This document shows positions 50,749 through 62,838 of a stretch of 64,000 nt of DNA, one piece after another. Origin of the DNA: Heptranchias perlo (Eukaryota); assembly GCF_035084215.1 (NCBI RefSeq), contig NC_090330.1:104160001-104224000 (forward strand), read 5' to 3'. The stretch's first letter is position 1, and every line of letters begins with the position of its first letter. The position numbers and the translations under genes were made by a program. Below the pieces are notes generated by a model. That model saw only the letters and a program-made list of their open reading frames with translations. It ran no database searches and was not told where the DNA came from.

Positions 50749-51511
50749 TACTTGAATACCAGAGGAGTTTTCAGTTCATTCAGTGATATAACATTATCAT
50801 ATAACCGCAAAGTTTCTTGGCGTTGATACAAGAGTAAAATGGGATATCGGTCATACAGCGAAAGTTATTGGAATTTTTTTTTTAAAGAGAAAACAAGATG
50901 GAAAAGAAAAGAATAATTCTGCCTGAGACAGTTCCAGTCACCTTTTGATTTTAACTGATAGGCTGTGGTCTTTGCTTTACATTAATATAAACTCTGACTT
51001 TGGTGTTTGTGCAGCAAGTGTTTAGGCTACTTTGGGTCTGAGAATGGCCATCTCTACTTTTCTTTCCAGCCCACATAGTGAAAAAAGTACCCTCATCATA
51101 TTGCATTTCCCACAGGTTGGATGAGAAAATACTGTTTGGTGCTGAATTGCCTGTTCCAGTCACAGGCCTGAAAATATTACACCTTCTGTCTGCTAGCAGT
51201 GAGCTAAATTTGCACTATAAAATTATTAGATTGGCAGTATTTTTTATTTCTATGCTAGTATAAACATATCTCCTAAATTAAAGTATGAAGTTAATATTGT
51301 ATTTCACTGGAGTCTAGAATATGATGGTGTTGCCACTAGAAAAATCATAGCTAACAATTTCCTGAAACAAAGTTGCTGGATCTTGCATTAACTGCAGGGC
51401 TCCCAGTGGGGAAGCTGCATGCTGGAGGGAGCAGTTTGGTTTGACATGTGCGTGCTGCTCTCCACTGGGAGCATGGAATCACCCCTTATAGGAAATTTGT
51501 ATTAAATGCCT

Positions 51512-51680
51512 GGATGTGTTTAAGGGGAAGCTAGATAAGCACATGAGGGGGAAAAGAATAGAAGATTATGCTGATGGGGTTGGATGAAGAGGGGTGGAAG
51601 GAGGCACGTGTGGAGCACAAACACGGCACGGACCAATTGGGCTGAATGGCCTGTTTCTGTGCTGTACATTCTATGTAACT
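51512..51680 (+). mobile_element. CR1 3' end
   Basis: FKGKLDKHM and gggctgaatggcctgtttctgtgctgt. Confidence 0.85.
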
Positions 51681-52256
51681 TGCAAATTTTTTTAGACTCC
51701 CAGTAACCACAAGGTTCAAATTCATGAGACATCTGTTCTCATTACAATTGTCTTTGGCTGCCTGCTGTTGTTCGGCCACTGATAATGAGCAGAAGAAGAA
51801 GTTTAAAAGAGCTAAGAATAACTTCAACATAGTTACCTTTGTTTCTCCTGATGTTTTGTTGTAGTATTTTTGTTTTAAAAACATTTTGATGCTATAATTG
51901 GGAGGAGTCATCCACTGCAAATTATTTCCTGATGATCCTGTGGTAATGAGATTAAAATCCTACTTTGAACGTCAGCATTCAGCTACTTGCAGAACAAAAA
52001 TGAGAAACAAATAAGTAGTTACTTCTATTTAACAATGTCCGCAGTGAAGGTTATGTAGCATATCCAGGAATAGTTTCAAAACTAAATCTCGAGATTCAGC
52101 TGATTTTTATGATTCACCCAAGCTTTGCTCTCGTGTTTATGTAATTTAATTCCCTGAATTAAATTGAAGCTTTGCAATCTTGTGGTAAAAGAATTAAAAC
52201 TTCTTATATTGAAGTTTGTGATTTATTCTGGCTTCAGCAAATACATCCCTCACCTT

Positions 52257-53046
52257 GGGGTGAATTTTAACTGAGAGCTGGGAAGGGAGTGGGAGGAAAG
52301 ATTTCCGAGTGTGAAACCCGGAAGGTAATTGGGCTGTTTGCAATCTGTGATCGCGACCTTAATGAGGCCCATCAAATTCACTTCTGGGTTTCGCACCTGG
52401 CAGCCAGCCTGATTGATAGGCTGGCTGGCTGTCAGCCAGGAAGGCCTGCTACAGCAGGCTGCAGGCAGGGATTAGAGGGAGGGTAAGAGGGATCATAGGC
52501 TGGGGAGAAAATCGGGGGTGGGGGGAGCGGCATGGGAGAAGATCGGGGAGGCTGAGGAAGAGATCAGGGAGCTGAGAAAGAGATCGGGGACTGATGAAGA
52601 GATCGGGGGGCTGATGAAGAGATTGGAGGTCGCTGGAGGTCGGGTGAAGAGCTGGAGGTAGATGGCATCCACCATCGGGGTGGGAGGCATCATCGAGGGG
52701 GGGTGGAAATCGGCCGATCGTGGGGGTCATGTTTTCACCTGACGTGAATGGGAAGCGATGGGAAATCTGAACAGGTTAGGTTAAATTCATTTTATTGTTC
52801 CAATACACAAAATATTAAGTACCTCAAGTATCTCAATGAGGTACGTTGTCCTTTTAAGTACGGCCCTCCCAATTTAAGTGGGGGCGAGACTCCATAGTGT
52901 CTGCTCTCCACACGCAGGCAAACCTGCCTGGGTTAGACCCAGAGGCAGGTGTGTTGGAGCCAGGATGCCGTCCTGCTCTGAAAACCGAGTATTTTTACTG
53001 CCCGCCCACCCCAACCCACCCTTTCTTGGGGGTTAAAATTTACCCC
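52257..53046. mobile_element. Non-autonomous Harbinger-like element with TSD CTT
   Basis: TIRs ggggtgaattttaac / gttaaaatttacccc, with CTT on both flanks. Confidence 0.85.
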
Positions 53047-53836
53047 CTTAACGTCTGTGTCTGGTGTAGGCTAATTGATAGAGAATAATTGCTAGGGTTA
53101 GTCAACAACTCCATTATCGTTGTATCATGCAACCACCAGGATGGTAGAAGGTGAACCAGATGGACCTTGGTTTGTCTTCATCTAGCAATTCCCATGTTCC
53201 TATCACAAGTACGTTTCCGTCTCAGACTCAGAAACATTAATACTGCAATTTTTCATACCGTGTCAAACCTATAAAAGATGACATTATTCTGCATAATGCA
53301 ACTCACTGCAAAGTTCCAGCAGACATCTTAGAGGCTGTGCTGTAGCTCATGGCCAGAGTGGTCTAGGTGTGATAATTTTTATAGTCCACACCTTTATAGA
53401 CCAGATCCTTGTTTGATCTTATGCGTTCGGTTTGTCGCTCTCAACCATGATGGTATTGGAATACACAACTGGTCTCAGTGTCCACCTCCTGAGTAGGGGG
53501 AAAAGAAGGGTCAAGGCAACTGTTCCTGATCACAGTGATTCTTGGTAGAAGTGCATGTGCAGGACATAGGATGAGGAAAGGATGAGAAGTAATGTCCTTG
53601 AAGTCAAATCGCCCACCAACACTCACTCTCCTGGATCACAGGTGAGAATGACCAGCTGAGTGAGACACCAGAGGACTGCAGGGTTTGCAATACAATATTC
53701 CAGCATTATTCGCTGACTTTCAGGAGAAGAGATGCCAGCAAATTACAGTGGAGCATAAATTATTGAAAGAAAAACTGATTTATAATCTACTAAAATTCTC
53801 TCCTTTACAGACCAAGTGGAATAATGAATAGTCATC

Positions 53837-55522
53837 AGGCGCTAAATTGGGCCGTGTAGCGCCCGTTGTTTCAGCGCTACACGGACTCTCTGACTCCGAG
53901 ATGATGTCTTGGGTGCGCACGCACGTTTCCAACGTGACGTGCGCTGGACGCCATCTTTGTATGGGAGTTAGCGCAGGCGCAGATAACGAACGCTGGAATC
54001 ACGTAAAGTAGGGAGAAAATGGCTTCAATCAGTGTGCAACGCTAATTTAAAGTGATAGACACAATTTTGGGACTTAACGCTCAACTCAACGCACAGTCTT
54101 AACCCCGACCATCTGAACATCTTTTCGCGTGCCTGGAGGACACCCTCACCAGCGCTATTTAAAGGGACCATGCTGGATTTACAGGCTAGTGGCTGGATTA
54201 TTGCTTCTGGCTGCCGAGACATTTACAACTGTTTTTGGAGGTCTCCTACACTTGAATACTAGGACTAGGGGGCCATTTAGAGCCAGGACGTGCAGGAGTG
54301 AAGTTAGGAAATGCTTCTACACGCACAGGCTGGGAGATATTTGGAATGCTCTTCTACAGACGGCAGTTGATGTGCTCACAAGCTCACTTGTAAATGTTAA
54401 ATCTGAGATTGATAGATTTCTTTGAACCAAGGGTATTAAGGGATATGGGGCTAAGACGTGTATATGGAGTTAGGTCATAGGTCCACCATGATCTCATTGA
54501 ATGGCAGGATAGGCTCGAGGTGCTAAATGCCACTGCCACTTGCTGCCTCCTGATATGCGCCATCTTCTCCTGCAAGAAAGCGGGACGTGTGTCCGGGTGA
54601 TATGACTGTCATGGTTGAATAGCTGCCTGTGTGTGTTGCCTGTGAGTTGTGGGCGGGCGGCTTGCAACAGTGGTAATGTGTAAGGGTGAGAGGAAGCATC
54701 CGGTTGGAAGAGTTGAGTACAGATGGAAAGAGTTTGTTGGTATGTGGGTAATGGGGGAGTGTCGTGCTTGGTGCAGTTGGTAGGAGACGCCACTTGACAG
54801 TTGAACTCACTCACCTTGACCATTCGTGTCAAAGCATTGAACTTCTTCCTGCACTGCATCCATGTTCATGATGTCGTGTGCCTGGCATTGACTTTGACCC
54901 CCGCTGCTTCACACTGCCTTTTGGATATAGGTCTGGAGGGCCTCTTGGCACCCACCCCACTCCTCTGCAGATATAGGATGTCCCTCCTTCTGTCCACCTC
55001 TTGCACCAAGCTCTCTAGTGCATCAGCAGAGAACTTTGGTGCATGCATTCTTGCAGGCCCGATACCAACTCAGATTGGCAGATTGGTGAGGTCTGGCATG
55101 CAGATTGGAGGAAGTGGGATTTAGTACTGCGCAACCTTTATTCAATTTTTTAACATAACTCATCAGTGTGTAAACATAGGGATGGGACCTGCATCTGTGT
55201 TTTACGTGTGTGATGTCTGATCTCCGTTCGGACTCCGTGCAGACAGTAGACTGTTATTTTCAGCAAATAACAGGTACCAGCTGCCTTTATGGGAGATTTC
55301 TAAGAAACATCCTCCCTTTAAGAGATTGAGCTCCCCCTGGTGGTGGAAAGTGCTAATTGCATTGATTCCACGTGCAAGGCCTGGAAAGGAAGGCTGATTG
55401 CAGGTGAGTCCTCGGGCCAGCCCGAATCTTGCGCCCTGCCCGCGCAGGGGTCATTGGGCGGTGGGTAATAGCGCAACACCCTTCCTATGCCCCAAAAACG
55501 GCCCTTATCCAATTTTTCCCCC
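53837..55522. mobile_element. Harbinger family-A deletion derivative (inverted relative to 16577-20360)
   Basis: Both ends match the 16577 element (aaattgggccgtgta.cgccc; ttatccaattt). Myb exon 1 (APKFSADALESL..QCRKKFNALTR), intron 54814-54570 and the start of exon 2 are present. The transposase is absent. Confidence 0.88.
54257..54530 (+). mobile_element. CR1 fragment nested in the Harbinger derivative, tail deleted
   Basis: RTRG..FRARTCRSEVRKCFYTHR..IWNALLQ; the 3'UTR stops at ggctcgaggtgctaaatg. Confidence 0.85.
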
Positions 55523-55855
55523 ACAGTGCTTTAATTTTTTTGGCAGATCTGAAATAGATTTAAGCATCAAGTATTCATATCTTAACCACTGTCAGCAACA
55601 GAAAAATGAGAATAGCTAAAATCAAAAAATAAATTTTGGCTAATTACTGATGGATAAATCATTAGGCTTACTGTGAAATTTAACACCTCAATTTGCCGTG
55701 TCTCACACTTTTCAACCAGACTATTAGAATCTTGGCACTTTCCTGAGAAACTGAGATCTCTAATTTTCTTTTTTACATCATGGGCAGCATGTTCATCAAA
55801 TTAAGTGAATTTAAATTGCAAAGAATAGTTTTATTTTCTTTGGGGGATTCAGAAG

Positions 55856-56511
55856 GCAGTTTTGGTCTCCATACTTAAGAAAAGACATACTTGCTCTCGA
55901 GGCAGTACAAAGAAGGTTCACTCGGTTAATCCCGGGGATGAGGGGGCGGACATATGAGGAGAGGTTGAGTAGATTGGGACTCTACTCATTGGAGTTCAGA
56001 AGAATGAGAGGCGATCTTATTGAAACATATAAGATTGTGAAGGGTCTTGATCGGGTGGATGCAGTAAGGATGTTCCCAAAGATGGGTGAAACTAGAACTA
56101 GGGGGCATAATCTTAGAATAAGGGGCTGCTCTTTCAAAACTGAGATGAGGAGAAACTTCTTCACTCAGAGGGTGGTAGGTCTGTGGAATTTGCTGCCCCA
56201 GGAAGCTGTGGAAGCTACATCATTAGATAAATTTAAAACAGAAATAGACAGTTTCCTAGAAGTAAAGGGAATTAGGGGTTATGGGGAGCGGGCAGGAAAT
56301 TGGACATGAAGCTGAGTTCGGATCGGTCAATGCCCTGTGGGTGGCGGAGAGGGCCCAGGGGCTGTGTGGCCGGGTCCTGCTCCGACTTCTTGTGTTCTTT
56401 AGATTTGTGGTTGGGATCAGATCAGCCATGATCTTATTGAATGGCAGAGCAGGCTCGAGGGGCCGATTGGCCTACTCCTGCTCCAATTTCTTATGTTCTT
56501 ATGTTCTTATG
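55856..56511 (+). mobile_element. CR1 LINE 3' fragment (young)
   Basis: ORF 55938..56309 is the CR1 ORF2 C-terminus; (ttcttatg)3 tail. Confidence 0.95.
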
Positions 56512-56665
56512 TGTGCAACTAATAGTCCCCGAGGACATTGGGAAAACCATTGATACCAAACTCCTGAGGTTGTGAATGGCGTCCATATAAATGCAAGTCT
56601 TCTTTCTAATTTGTTGTTGATCCTGGGAAGGGAATGCAATAGGTTGACCCAATGTCTTGATTAAC

Positions 56666-56788
56666 ATAATGTGGAGATGCCGGTGATGGACTGGGGTGGA
56701 CAAATGTAAGGAATCTTACAACACCAGGTTATAGTCCAACAATTTTATTTTAAAATCACAAGCTTTCAGAGATTATCTCCTTCGCCAG
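56666..56788 (-). mobile_element. Penelope-like element terminal repeat fragment
   Basis: Minus strand reads ctggcgaaggagataatctctgaaagcttgtg..aataaaattgttggactataacctggtgttgtaag..ccggcatctccacat: a hammerhead-like core followed by AATAAA. Confidence 0.7.
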
Positions 56789-57409
56789 TTCTCACCTACA
56801 ATATTTCAGAGGTGCTGCTGCTGAAACTCATCGCCCCTTCTGCTACTGTCTGCCACTGGTGTTTTCTCTGTGCAGTGCCGTGAAATGGTTGCTATGTTAA
56901 AGGTGGTATGTAAATGAAAGACTGGACATCGGAAACAAGCTCAACCATGATTGTCTCCTGTTGAGTAGTTTTCTAACCTCACTCTCAAACACTCAAATTG
57001 AACAATGGCTACTTGGAGAAGGTTCACCTGACAACTACAGAACCCAAATGTGTTAACATCTTTATGAGAGATGGAGAAGAGAAGGGAGAAAATAAATTTA
57101 GATGGAGTTAATTTAAATATCTTTACATTTCTCAACTTTTGGCAATGTTGGCATCTAGTCATGATGCTCCAGCCATCATGAGTTTGGGGCAGGCTTGATG
57201 GACTGGCTGGTCATTTCCTGCCAGTCATTTCCGTGTGCTCATAAGTTTGTATAAGAGTCTTGCATTGTGCACTTGTCATTTGTTTGATCATCGTGCATTC
57301 TCAGTTACATTTGAGCCCCACCTTGGCATCAAATTCCTCATATGCTGTAGGTCTTGCCTTCATTACACATCAATGCAGCATACAATATAAATTGTCACAT
57401 ACCATTGTC

Positions 57410-57580
57410 GTATCCGGCAAAGCTCCTCAGAGCTGCTCCTGCTCCGCCATTGTAACTTCGCCCTAAGTGCGATGGAAACCCCATTGACACCCGTAAATGG
57501 TGTTTGCATCAGGGTTTCCACCGCAGCTCCGGCAGAGTTACGGTGACAGAGCAGGAGCAACTCCAATGAATTGCCAGCCA
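57410..57580. mobile_element. Hairpin MITE, same family as 43582-43729
   Basis: ctcagagctgctcctgctccgccat is shared. Internal inverted pairs ggaaaccc/gggtttcc and gtaact/agttac. Confidence 0.7.
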
Positions 57581-57682
57581 AAATCATAAATTTTCACTAA
57601 TACATTGTGCAAATATGTTCTTTCCATGTAATTTTCATTCTGCTTAGCAGATATTATACTATTAGACCATGTTTCTTTTGCT

Positions 57683-58030
57683 TTAGGGCTTGACAGGGTA
57701 AATGCTGAGAGGCTGTTTCCCCTGGTTGGAGAGTCTAGAATTAGGGGTCATAGTCTCAAGATAAGGGGTCGGCCATTTAGGACCAAGGTAAGGAAAATTT
57801 TCTTCACTAAAAGGGTTGTGCATCCTTGGAATTCTCTACCTGTGGGCTGTGGATGCTCAGTTGTTGAGTATATTCAAGACTGAGATCAATAGATTTTTGG
57901 ACACTAAGGGAACCGGGGGATATAGGGATAGGGCGGGAAAGTGGAGTTAAGGTAGAAGATCAGCCATGATCTTACTGAATGGCGGAGCAGGCTCGAGGGG
58001 TTGCTTCTGTTCCTATTTCTTATGTTCTTA
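57683..58030 (+). mobile_element. CR1 3' fragment
   Basis: GLDRVNAERLFPLVGESR.RGHSLKI..WNSLP, with ttcttatgttctta tail. Confidence 0.9.
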
Positions 58031-58271
58031 AATTGTGCACACATAGGAATGTTAAAATCATAGTGGATGATAAAGAAGATTGCATCTTTATCAACTAACT
58101 AACATAATTAAATGGGGGATTTTGTTACTGAGTTTTGCACAGTTTAACATGGGGGCAAATGATCTGAACTGGCAGAGACTAAACCAAAATCTGAACTAAA
58201 CTTAAATTTTACTTTTGGTTGATGAATGAAAAAGAATCTACCAACAGATGGGAAGATTCCCTCCACCCTTT

Positions 58272-59264
58272 GTTTTTTTTATTATTTGTTCATGGGATGT
58301 GGGCGTCGCTGGCAGGGCCAGCATTTATTGCCCATCCCCAATTGCCCTTGAGAAGGTGGGGATGAGCCGCCTTCTTGAACCGCTGCAGTCCGTGTGGTGA
58401 AGGTTCTCCCACAGTGCTGTTAGGTAGGGAGTTCCAGGATCTTGACCCAACAACGATGAAGGAACGGCAATATATTTCCAAGTCGGGATGGTGTGTGACT
58501 TGGAGGGATAACTGCAGGTGGTGTTTTTCCCATGCACCTGCTGCCCTTGTCCTTCTAGGTGGTAAAGGTTGCGGATTTGGGAGGTGCTGTCGAAGAAACC
58601 TTGGCGAGTTGCTGCAGTGCATCCTGTGGATGGTACACACTGCAGACAAGGTGCATCGGTGGTGAAGTGAGTGAATGTTTAGGGTGGTGGATGGGGTGCC
58701 AATCAAACGGGCTACTTTGTCCTGGATGGTGTCGAGCATCTTGAGTGCTGAGGAGCTGCACTCGTCCAGGCAAGTGGCAAGTATTCCATCACACTCCTGA
58801 CTTGTGCCTTGTAGATGGCGGAAAGGCTTTGGGGCTCAGAAGGTGAGTCACTCACCACAGAATACGCAGCCTCTGACCTGCTCGTGTAGCCACAGTATTT
58901 ATGTGGCTGGTCCAGTTTTGTTTCTGGTCAATGGTGACCCCCAGGATGTTGATGGTGGGGGATTCGGTGATGGTAATGTCGTTGAATGTCAAGGGGAGGT
59001 GGTTAGACTCTCTCTTGTTGGAGATGGTCATTGCCTCGCACTTGTCTAGAGCGAATGTTACTTGCCACTTATCAGCCCAAGCCTAGATGTTGTCCTGGTC
59101 TTGCTGCATGCGGGCTCGGACTGCTTCATTATCTGAGGGGTTGTGAATGGAACTGAACACTGTGAAATCATCAGCGAACATCCCCATTTCTGACCTTATG
59201 ATGGAGGGAAGGTCATTGATGAAGCAGCTGAAGATGGTTGGGCCTAGGACACTGCCCTGAGGAA
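58272..59264 (-). mobile_element. CR1/L2-group LINE 3' fragment with RT C-terminus
   Basis: PQGSVLGPTIFSCFINDLPSII..MFADD; LDTIQDKVARLI..SWNSLP; A-rich tail. Confidence 0.9.
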
Positions 59265-59344
59265 TTTAAAAATCAAGCAAGAGTTTTCTTACGGTGTGTA
59301 CACATTGTGACTCACTAATTCACAGTCAGCTACTGTGCTTCATT

Positions 59345-60010
59345 GGCCCAAAAATGTCTCTTAAAATAGTGGTGATGATAACAGGGCTCACTGTTATTTC
59401 AGGACAAATGAATGAGCAAGTTCCAGAGATCGCACATGCACAGTCAAACCAGAAAACCTGGAAACTGCTCCACTTAGATTCCCTGTCTTCTGAAAGCTGT
59501 TCGGGAATGAGATCTCGCTGGCTGAATGAATGGACCAGCACAAACTTGTTCTCCTGTCCAGCTAGAAACTAATTAATCTCTCCATAAACAAGGTATTTTG
59601 TGGGGTTTTTTGGTCTAAACTAACTTTTTAACGGTGTGGTAAGTCTTAATGACTGCCAAACAACCTCTCTGGCACTGAAAATGTGGAGTCTCATTGCTGT
59701 TATACGTTGGATAGCCCAGAGGTGAAGGATAGAATACTAGAGCCTGATCTTCAGTTACTTCCAAGCCTTTATTCACAGAGCTCCACATTACACACACCAT
59801 ACCCTAGATAAGCTCTCTTATATATGATACAAGAGCACCCCAATTGATACACACCACTTGAATACAATTAACACTAATTGATATAAATCACATGGATACA
59901 ATTAACAATTCCTTCCGATTTTAATTGTTGTTGGACATTTACTTTGTGTCTCTGTCTCTTTTATCTCTGCCTTTTAATTCAATATTTCTTTCTCTTTATT
60001 TCGCTTTCTC
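59345..60010 (+). mobile_element. Partial non-autonomous DNA element, tandem relative of 60027-61050, carrying a solo LTR
   Basis: Colinear similarity to 60027-60500 (gagcaagttccag..cacatgc; ggtctaaactaa; gtaagtcttaatgactg). Confidence 0.65.
59698..59907 (-). mobile_element. Solo LTR (210 bp)
   Basis: TGTTA...TAACA termini; TATATAA and AATAAA on the minus strand; flanks ATTGC/ATTCC. Removing it restores gtctcattccttc, as seen at about 37000. Confidence 0.8.
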
Positions 60011-60026
60011 TAAGTAATTTTACTAT

Positions 60027-61050
60027 GGGGCAGAAATTGCACCCAAAATAACGGAGAGCTCAACAGCGCTCTCCATAGTTAGTGGCGGAATGGAGGAGCA
60101 AGTTCCAGCACTCACACATGCGCCATGAACCGTGGAAATCCAGGTCTTGCTCCTACTGATTCGCCAGCGATATGACAGCTTCGAATTAAAGGGACATTGT
60201 TCGCTGCAAGCAGAGAAATCATTGATAAAGTGCAAACTTGCTCATCCGTCCAGCTGGAAAGGAACTAATTACGCCACAAAACAGGTCCGCTTAAAAACGC
60301 CAGGTCTAAACTAAGTCTTAACAGCATGGTAAGTCTTAATGACTGGCAAACAACGAAAGATGAACTTTAAAAAATTTGGAGTCTCCTTATTTACTACTTA
60401 TTTTAATAATTTTTGGTCATTTAAAAACATTTTTTTATAAAAAATAAAAAATGTATATTTTTTTTACTTTTCCCTTCTGTCTCTTTTATTTAATTCAATT
60501 ATTTCTTACCCTCTAATTTTTTGCTGTCTGCGAATGTTTTTACATTGATTTTAACGTTGTACCTTTTACGTCCTGATTTAACGCTCCAAGCGTGCAGAGG
60601 CAGTGAATGCAGCGTGTCAAAAATGCTGCAATCAATTGGTGGAGGGGAGAGATCGCTCCTCTCGCTTCTCATAGGGTGCCAGCTTCCCTTGAACTGACGC
60701 TGGGCTCTTCTCCACTTCCTATTCGAGGAAGTGCCTGAAGAAAAGTAAGTTAGTGGGTTAGTATAAATCTATGGAGTGGCCTGCACTGAATTTACCGTTG
60801 CAGCTTGCACTTCCTGGTTCTGTGACTGCGTGGCTTGTCAAGGATGCTTCCAGCTTGATTGGTTGAGGAGAGAGAGAGATCCTTTCCCCACTCTCACAGC
60901 TCGTGGATGCCCGGGAGGGGATGCTGCACTTTTTTCGACTCCCCATTGCACTAAGTTGATGCCCAGAAGCCCGTGGATAGTTTGTGGGTGAGTTTTAATC
61001 TAACGAGTGGCGGGCCCCGTTCATTCGCCGCTCAGCACAATTTTGGGGCC
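60027..61050. mobile_element. Non-autonomous Harbinger-like element (about 1 kb)
   Basis: TIR-like ggggcagaaattg / caattttggggcc; flanks TAT/AAT. Confidence 0.65.
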
Positions 61051-62444
61051 AATTTGTCTTTAAGAATATTTTTGTGCAGACAATTGCATATAAAATGCAA
61101 GAGCTTTATCTGTTTACCACAACTGTCTATAACACAATGTAATAGGCTCTCTTATCAGTAAGATGGCAAATGATATTCCCTAGGAGATTCTAAGCTCATG
61201 TGTTATCCTGCATCTTTATGATTATGTCAGGGAGTTTGCGAGGTTCAGTAACCAATATAATTAAGTGGTTCCTTGAGTGAAGGTGATTTCATTCCCAGCT
61301 ATATTATTTTTTTTAAGTAATCTTGCAATGGTTGTTAATGGAATCTTTCTCATTGTGCAATTTTAAAGCCCATTTGTCACAGGCTTGTGTTTTTTTAAAA
61401 TAATATTCACTCTAAAACTATTTTTTTCACTGCACTGCATGAAAATCTCAAATATACGCTGATGCTCATAGGATTTTATCTTACTCAGCTTGATGAAAAT
61501 ATTCTTGCTTTAAATGCTGAATTCTCCCAACAATTAGAACTGATGGGTGTCACAGCTGTCAACTACATTTTGGTCCTTACAGTGTACAAGATTTTTCTCC
61601 ATTTCCTGCAAAGTATATATGTGTTTACAGTCTGCCAGCTAACAAAATTACATTATCTACTCGTATACCTTTCCTGCGCATCCTTTCAGTCTCACTTTGT
61701 CAATAGCTTATATTCAGTGAAGCAAGACTTGAATATAGATGCTTTCATGTGGGCAGGGGGAGAGGGAGAAGGAGCAGTTGAGCGAGATCCCTTCACCCAT
61801 TCCGATTCCCATTCCAAAAGATTGGTACTCTTGCCTCTTCCTTGATTTTATCCCTGGTTTTCTCCATTTTTGTTTAATTAGGTAGTCCTGACAAAACTTT
61901 TCACTTGGTGGAAAGTCTAACTAGAAAGATAACCTTCTCTAAATGGGAGTTTTTCATGCGTTATTTATTTGTGTCGCAAGTCCAAACACAAACTGTGTGG
62001 CTGGATCAACAGGAAACAAAAATGAAATGTCTTTTGACACATGTTTCTAGGGGGGGGCAAGTAGCATGTCTGCCCATACTTTCATTTACTTACTGTTTGG
62101 TCTGGCAATTTTATTAAGTTCACTGATGCTCAAAAACTTCCACTTTCCTTAAAACACCTTCAAATATGAACTGTTCCTTTTCCCTCACAGTGGAAGGAAT
62201 TCATCAAATTTCAAGTTGTATAGTTAAAAATAAATGCCAATGGTACTTTTTAAAATAGCCACCACAATGCTGAAAATTTTTATCGGACTCCCAGACCAGC
62301 AAATAATATTGAAATTGCTCCAAATGGCTGCAAGTCCTAGCCACACAAAACAGAAAATGAAAGTTGATATGTCCCAAACATATCTGCTGCATTAGCTAGA
62401 AATATCACCTCCACTCATATTGGTCCACCATCTGGTGCACCACA

Positions 62445-62838
62445 GAAGAGAAGGCTGAGAGGTGACCTGATGAAGGTGTTTGAAAGGGTAGATGTGGAGA
62501 AGATGTTTACACTTGTGGGGGAGTCCAAAACTAGAGGCCATAAGTATAAGATAGTCACAAATAAATCCAATGACGAATTCAGAAGAAACTTCTTTACTCA
62601 GAGAGTGGTGAGAACGTGAAATTTGCTATCACGTAGAGTGGTTGAGGCGAATAGCATAGATGCATTTAAGGGGAAGCTAGGTAAGTATATGAGGGAGAAA
62701 ACGAAAAGAAGGATATGCTGATAGGGTGAAGTGAAGTAAGATGGGAGGAGACTCTAGTGCAGCATAAATACCGGCATAGACCTGTTGGGCTGAATGGCCT
62801 GTTTCTGTGCTGTAAAATTCTATATAATTCCATGTAAC
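62445..62838 (+). mobile_element. CR1 3' fragment
   Basis: KRRLRGDL..TRGHKYKI..FFTQRVV, with 3'UTR tail. Confidence 0.9.
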
